This document shows positions 57,400 through 64,000 of a stretch of DNA of 64,000 bases, piece after piece; position 1 is the first letter of the stretch, and each line of letters opens with the position of its first letter. The position numbers and the translations under genes are program-made. The notes beneath the pieces are model-generated. The model was not told where the DNA came from. It saw only the letters and a program-made list of their open reading frames with translations, and did no database searches. This stretch comes from Podarcis pityusensis (Eukaryota): NCBI GenBank assembly GCA_964106645.2, contig OZ067038.1; one strand, written 5' to 3'.

Positions 57400-57405
57400 A
57401 ATAAA
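57400..57405 (+). terminator. Candidate proximal USP37 polyadenylation signal (AATAAA)
   Basis: AATAAA about 1.35 kb after the stop, followed by U/GU-rich sequence; further AATAAA near 58940, 61261 and 61399. Confidence 0.45.
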
Positions 57406-60400
57406 ATTGCTAATAATTGAGGTGCCTCTTGGTTTGCCCCTAACTCAGACTTTTCTTTTGAAAAGGTTAACAGGTGTTGAGAGGGTTGTCGTCCCCCCTT
57501 CTTGACAATTGTTTTTAATTACAATTAGAACTTCCTAAGAAATATAATCCTTTGACTAGAAGACACAAACCATGGGCATTAGTAGGCAACAGGTATTACC
57601 TGTTGTGGAAGGATTTCCCTGCCGGGCTTATAGAATTACAGGCTGTGTTAGGCAACTCTGAATGACATTTGCTGTGTCAAGGGTAGTAGTAGGGTGATAA
57701 CTTTATCATTTGCTTGGCTAATCTGCCAAACCAAACAAAGGTTCTCCCAAGTCATACTGCCAAAAGCATAGTGTTTAAATTTATTCTATCATTGTGATTT
57801 TGCACTGTTGACGGTCAGAGTTATTTGAATGTGCTTTTTAGTAAGGAATAAGGGGTTTTTCTTGAGGTGTAAAAGAGGAGCCTCAAAATGAAATACTGTT
57901 CTGGAGTAAGGCTGTACATCTCTTCCTGATTCTGAGGTAGTGCTGTCCATCTCTCCCCCCCCCCCCCCCGAAACTCCCAGATAAATGCATTAAGTAGTTG
58001 TCATGACACCTACAGGTTCATATTGATAGCATGGTCAAGATAAATTAACTCCCATATTTACAGGCAAAACATTATAGGTAGGTGTCGTAATAAGACAGTA
58101 TAGAGCATCCAGGTTCAGGTGCAGAGTCATCAGAATTGTCAGGAATGTGGACTCATTAGAGCAATCATACGTTTTTGCTTCATCTAGTATTGAGAATGCA
58201 ATTTAGCCAGAAGTGACTGTAAGCCAGTGATTATGTCAAGCTATGGCAACTTTCTAAATAGTTTTTTGCCCCCTAAGGTGAAATGTGCTGGCAAGGAAGG
58301 TACTATCTAGTGCTCCCTCTATATATGTAAATTTACATTTACATCCTTGTTGGCATTTGCAGTCCATTAAAATCTGTAGAATGTGTTGTGCGAGGGAGAT
58401 TCTAAGCTCAATCAGTTTTTATTGTCTACTGTTTTAACAGGAAGTGCTGAAACTGTGCAAGAGTGCTGAAACTGTGCAAGAGTTTAAGTTTGTACAGTTT
58501 TCTCAGCCATTCAGGGTTACATTTAGAACCAAATTTTAAGTATGTGGTTTATAGGATCTTGTACTATAGGTAATCTTGAGAAATACAGAAACTTTGGGGA
58601 CCTAAACAGCAGTGGCTTACTGCTGCTGTTTAGAATCCTGTTGCCTGCTAAAGGGAAGGTTTGTTTTTAGAGCAGTGTGATATGTAACTTTCTGAGACAT
58701 TCTTGGTTTCAAAAGAAGGAAGCAACTAAACATGAGTTCACCCAATAGAATTTGGTTTGGTTTGGTTCATGCCTGCATATTTTAAACCTCACTTTTCTAC
58801 ATTTGCCCTATTTTTGCTGTATTTTTCTGCTATATTTACTTTTTGATAAAGAAAAATAGCCATATATGTGTTTGCACTAAGTAACTAAACTCTCCATAAC
58901 CTCCACCCCTCCCCAACAAATCCTGTATATAGCTGGATTAATAAAATAGCTCAGGTCGTTTGCTAAAGAAAACTTTAGAAATCACCATGCACCTATTTTT
59001 TAATGAAGATTTTTCCTTATATAAAAAAAGCTTGTTCTTTCTAGCCATGGGCTAGAAATTGAAAACCTAAGCATGCAAATATAGGGCATTAGGCATCAGT
59101 GTTTCACTTAAAGTTAAATCTGTCCATCGGTTTTGCCCTCACTACTGGAAGATGAATGCTCAGTGTTTTATAAATGGAGTCTGTGGAAATAACCTTGAAG
59201 ATACAGAGGATTCCAGTGATTTCTCTATTCTGGGCTCCCCGCCCCCTTCCACCATGGGGGAGTCAACAGCATAAGGTGTACTACTTGTTTCAGGCATGCA
59301 GGGTCTTTCAAGTGCTAGATGGGTTAACAAAACCTGCTTGCCCTGCAGCTAATTAAAGGCTGGATTAATTATAATTAAATAGTATTTCATTGGAAATCCA
59401 TGGAATTTTTCAGATCCCTGTGATGGGAGTTTGGGGTAAGATGCAGAGTTGAGTTTCTGTACAAGAATTGGTGTTCTTTTTGAACCAGTGTAACATGGGG
59501 AGTGAACAGTCTTGGAATGAAAATGAAGTGGGTGGGTTGTTGCCCCTATGCTACTTCCCAGTGTTAACCTACTTCTTTGCTCCCCTGCTTCTTTAATAAG
59601 TTATTCTCTAAAAACTTAGGGGGAGTGAGTGAGTTGGGGCGAGAGTTCTTGTCATGTGTGTTTGAGGCAGTTGTCTTGGGGATTTTTTTTTAATGTTGGG
59701 AGTCACTTTGTGTCCCTTGACACTTAATGTGGAGCAGCACTTTTCTGTGTTTTAGCAGACTTGTTTCTATGTATTCTTTACTAAATTCTGCCTTCTTTTC
59801 TTCCTCTTTAAATGATGTGTAGATTGATTTCAGAGAAATTAAACACTCTTCATTAATGCTGAATCTCGTTCCTTTTTTATAAAAAAAAGATGCAGGTGTC
59901 TTACAGCTTTGTTTAGCACAGAGTTACATTCCTCTCCTCCCTCTTCAGTGCATTGCACACCCTCAGAATATGCTTGAGAGGGTTGGATGGTTCTCAGTTT
60001 TCACTGCTGTTTATTGTTGTTGCAGTTGATACTCTAAATTTATGGCCTTCTATTTTTATGATTCTTCAAAACGTATTCCATTCCTTGGGGTTTGTATCCA
60101 ACACAGCTGTTTCGTTAGTACAGCAGGCTTCCGCTTGCGTAATGGACTTTTTCCCTCCTCTCCCCTCTAGCCCCCCGTGAACCCTTAAAATCTACTCCAG
60201 AGGGTTGGAGGACTCTCAGAGCAGATTTTGAGAGCATATGGGGAGAGGAGAGGAAGGAGAAGTCCTGCTTGCATAAAGGCTTTTGCTACAATCCCTTGTG
60301 TTCTTGGCTTAGTTTCATTTTAAGCGTAAATCTATTAGAGAAGTTACATTTCGAAAAGCCATTTTGATCCATAGAGGAAAGAAATGTGCATTAGAAAGCT

Positions 60401-61489
60401 GACTTTTTCAGAAAATCACCAGGCCACCAAATGTGCAGTTGTTCTTGCATTTCCCTTCAGAGAAATGAAGCACTACTTCTGCCAGTATGGAATAGGTATA
60501 AACCATTCTCTGAACAAAGTCTAGCTCCTTGAGACACATTAGCAACTGCCTGTGGAAAATCCATCCTAGTTCTGCTTTTGTCCTGTAAGGTAAGGTGTGG
60601 TAAGTTGCTTCTCAAGTGGGGGCAGATCCTCATTTTGAAGACCTATGTATCTGCATTATAAAATGCGTATGGTAAGCCATATGGAATACTTTTCATTAAG
60701 GAAACTTCAGCTTGCTGTTCTACTCATTGCTTAAAGCCTGATAAATGGAAGTAACTGTAGTTGCTAGTCCTGTTGTCAGCATTTTCATGTGTGATTATTG
60801 AATAATGGGAATTTGCAGTCATGAATTTTCTACAAAATTTATTTGAATTGCCTATGACTAGCCCTAGCCCACTAAATGTGATCAAAAACCACACTTCTGT
60901 GTGCAGGCGAATTGGAATTCACTCTGCACTTCTGGGTTCAGAGGAAAACCATGGAAAGTGGTGTGTATGTAAAGAAACAATTTAAAATTGTGTGGAAATG
61001 TAGTTGCATCAATTCCTGTTTCACAGGGGCGGGGTAGGGGGACTCCTCCCTATAGTATAATACTGGGGTTGGTAAAACAAAACTGCAGAAATTTGTCAAC
61101 ACTGAGCATACATAATGTAGATCTTAGTGATGTCATTGCAGACATATTGGGGAAAACAATGTGGAAGTGCCAAAATTTATTCAGGAATTCAGAGAAGTGA
61201 AGATCAAGGGGGAAATGGAGTGATCAGCTACAAGACAGCCTGGTGTTGTTGACTCACTAGAATAAATCGCTACCTTGTTTCCTAGGTGGAGAAAGATGAT
61301 ACTCAAGTGGGCAGACACAAGTTTAAAGGCTCCCTTTTCCTGCCTGGGCTGCCCTGTGTTTCTAGTAACTCAGAATTTGACCACCTGTAGGGTTAATGAA
61401 TAAAATCCCCTTTGTTGCTGCATATAATCCAGTGGCAGAAAATGCTTGATTGTTCATTCTGGGACACTCCAAACAAACTTGGAATTATT

Positions 61490-61495
61490 TTTATT
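61490..61495 (-). terminator. Candidate VIL1 polyadenylation signal
   Basis: AATAAA on the minus strand about 50 nt after the VIL1 stop. Confidence 0.45.
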
Positions 61496-61545
61496 TTAAG
61501 TAAAAATATCCACTTCGAGGCAATGACAGCAGAAAGTTTACATTT

Positions 61546-61659
61546 TTAGAAAAGTCCTTTTTCCTTCTTGAGAGTCTGTTGCTTCCATTGAGGAAGGGCA
61601 GCAAAGTTTTGTCGGGACATTCCAAAGACAGCAAGAAAATCTTCATCTGATATGTAGTC
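61546..61659 (-). CDS. VIL1: VIL1 terminal exon (headpiece C-terminal subdomain)
   Basis: 114 nt ending in TAA; [13 protein letters not shown]. Confidence 0.95.
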   Translation of the reverse strand, partial: DYISDEDFLAVFGMSRQNFAALPQWKQQTLKKEKGLF

Positions 61660-63446
61660 CTATGGGATGGGGGGAAAGGGCAAGGATGAGAGAGAGCACA
61701 AGTCCAGTCATAAAGGTAACACACTGTAGTGAAAACACTACGTCCAGATTTCCTGTGAGTATTTGGGGGCACAGCCTGATAACACTCAGACAAGATGGCA
61801 TGCTCAGAAGAAGTCTAAGGAAACTGGAGATTGTTCTGTATTTTCCTCAAGTTGTTGCCACTTTATGCTGGTTCAGAATGAATGAACAGTGGGAGGTATT
61901 CAGCTAACTTTTTACACGAGTGCACAAATTAGCACTGGCACAAATTTTCTTCTTCCTCCTCCTCCCACACAATCTCCAAATCAGCTCTGGAGGATCGGGG
62001 GAACCACCAGAACAGATATTGGGGGAACACATGGGGAAAAGAGGGAGGGAATATTCCATCTCTCGCTCACAAATCCTTGTGCTGATGGTCTCCCAGCCTT
62101 AACACTATCTTGAATACAACCTAATATTAATTGGGGCAGATGGGGATGGCTATGGAAAGGAACTGTGCATATCAAATGCTTCAGCACATTAGCAAGCTTT
62201 TATTCCTACACCCATTAGATGTTTGTAGCCCTGATTTAGCATACACTAGCCTATTCTGTATCTGGATTTGGTGATGTGAGATTAAGCTGTGCCAAGATCT
62301 GCATACACCACCACTTTGAGCTCTTTGGAGGAAAGGCAGGATATAAATGCAATAAATAAACACGAGAAATGTGAATGCAGCCCTGGGATCTCACCTCCTT
62401 CCTGCTGGGGTTTACATCGCTGGGTAGTTCCTCTGCAGACACATTCATCAATTTCTCCAGAGGGTAGGTTGACATTGAGATACTACCCAAGGTTGTGTTG
62501 GCAGTGAAAACTGTTTTTGCATCAAGGATTTCCTGAAAGAGAAATTGGAAGGGGGAATCCCCAAAGCTCAAATGTGTCTTGTATCTATTTAAACAAGAGT
62601 TGAGGCAAGGCTTTTTTTCAGCCTCAGCAGAATTCAGTTCCGGCACCTCTCAGGTGGGCGTCATTGCCATTATGGGAGAACTAGGGAGGTGTTCATGGTG
62701 AGTTCCAACACCTCTTTTTCTAGAAAAATAGCACTGAGTTGAGGGAAGGTAAATTGGCATTGTAAACTGAACTGTTTTAGATAAATAAATGCATTTATTG
62801 ATCTAAAATGCAGTATTGTGTGTTCTGGTACACTTTGTAAGAAAGGAGTTTAAAAATTCTAGCACCATCCAGAGGAGTAAGATTGGTAGAGTTGGAAGGG
62901 ACATGTTGGTCTGTTGCGGCAGAAATAGTCTAGTACACAATCACTTGTGCCATAACGCTCTTGTCTTTAAGGTGCTGCAAGAAGGTCAGTCACTACAACA
63001 TCAGAGGAACAGTGAGGGAGGTGGAGAGGGCATGCTGTGGGCAATGTTTTCTACAAGCAGTTAACCTCATCCTTAAAGAGGAATGCAACTCCGTTGCTCC
63101 TCAGCTGTTACCATACTTACTATCCCTCTAAAGGGAAGTTTTTCTGGAGTAAGTATTGCAGCCTTTTATACTGAAATAACTTTAAAAGAAGGCCTTGCAT
63201 CCCCCAGTCAGATAGTACAGGCATGAAAAGCTACACAGCAGTTACTGCTATAAAATGAACTTGGGTCCTATTGTTCCTGGTTTCCTATGAATTAAATGGC
63301 AACTGTGCCACCTGCACTTGTATATGATCAAACACGTGTTCTCCCTGCTTTCTATCCCACTCTTCAGTAATACTTACAGAAGTGATCTGGCCAAGGTTGT
63401 CCTCATCTACAAGTTCAGCTTTTAACTCTTCATAGGATTTCTTCTC
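61546..63446 (-). CDS. VIL1: Villin-1, last three coding exons (linker and headpiece); gene continues beyond the window
   Basis: Exons 63446-63378 ([12 protein letters not shown]...), 62532-62395 (...[24 protein letters not shown]) and 61659-61546 ([37 protein letters not shown]), all phase 0. Headpiece signature KKEKGLF; tail-to-tail with USP37 as in other amniotes. Confidence 0.93.
62395..62532 (-). CDS. VIL1: VIL1 penultimate exon
   Basis: 138 nt, CAG| and |GTGAGA. Confidence 0.92.
62606..62736. mobile_element. hAT-type MITE, family C copy 2 (in a VIL1 intron)
   Basis: Shares core GGCACCTCTCAGGTGGGC...TGTTCATGG...TCTAGAAAAATAGCA with 5916-6037; perfect 8-bp TSD AGTTGAGG. Confidence 0.8.
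63378..63446 (-). CDS. VIL1: VIL1 antepenultimate exon
   Basis: 69 nt, CAG| and |GTAAGT. Confidence 0.9.
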
Positions 63447-64000
63447 CTGCATGAAGATAGACCACAAAAACCCTGGGAGTTACCAGACTACCCACACACA
63501 TGAACATTTTGATTTGACTGAAGGGTAGAGAGTTAAAATAGGATTCCTTAAAGAGAAGTCTGCTGAATCTTAAGCCTGGTAACCTATGTGCTCATCATCA
63601 TTTGTGGATACAGACAGTCTGGATGTAGCTAGCTACACTTCAGCATGTCGAAAGTTCATGAGAGCTAATTCTGATGAAAATCTGTAGGTGGGGTGGGTAA
63701 CGTGCTTCCAGCTCCCATCGTCTCCAGTCCACCTGGCCAAAGGTCAAGGATGATGGCAGCTATAATCGAACAACATCTGGAAGGTTAGAGGAGAGCTCTA
63801 ACAAGACAGAGCAATTAGAGGGAAAGTAATGTTTTCTACACATTTCAAACATGTCTTTGAATTCACACGGGATTAACCTTTGTTGCACGACGTGGTGTTC
63901 TCAGCTGCCTTTTGTTAGACCTGAAAGAATAAGGGCCACTAGGTCACTTACTGTCCCTTTGAGGGGGTCCCATGCTAGGAACCAGCCAGTGAATGTCGGA

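Overview
Eukaryotic (vertebrate) genomic DNA, almost certainly a squamate reptile and probably a lacertid lizard, judging by Sauria and Squam-type SINEs and lizard-type MITEs. It carries the conserved amniote block VIL1-USP37-CNOT9-(PLCD4). CNOT9/RQCD1 is complete on the minus strand (8 coding exons, 27401->18361, 900 nt = 299 aa). It lies head-to-head, across a CpG-island bidirectional promoter with NRF1, E2F, CRE and YY1-like motifs, with a complete USP37 on the plus strand (non-coding exon 1 plus 23 coding exons, 31554-56050, 2955 nt = 984 aa; all introns GT-AG with consistent phases). The last three exons of villin-1 (headpiece) enter from the right on the minus strand and converge on the USP37 3' UTR. 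The left 18 kb has no recognisable protein-coding exon. It does hold several exon-like minus-strand segments that could be 5' leader exons of the next gene (PLCD4 by synteny, not confirmed). Repeats include L1, L2 and CR1 fragments, tRNA-derived SINEs, hAT and Tc1/mariner-type MITEs (one nested) and a possible solo LTR. I found no well-supported new biological system. The best leads are regulatory: loss of the CDK2 S628-P site in USP37, a NAGNAG acceptor between UIM2 and UIM3, a potential poison donor in CNOT9, uORFs on both sides of the promoter, and unannotated exon candidates. Comparisons with human proteins are from memory and need checking by alignment.
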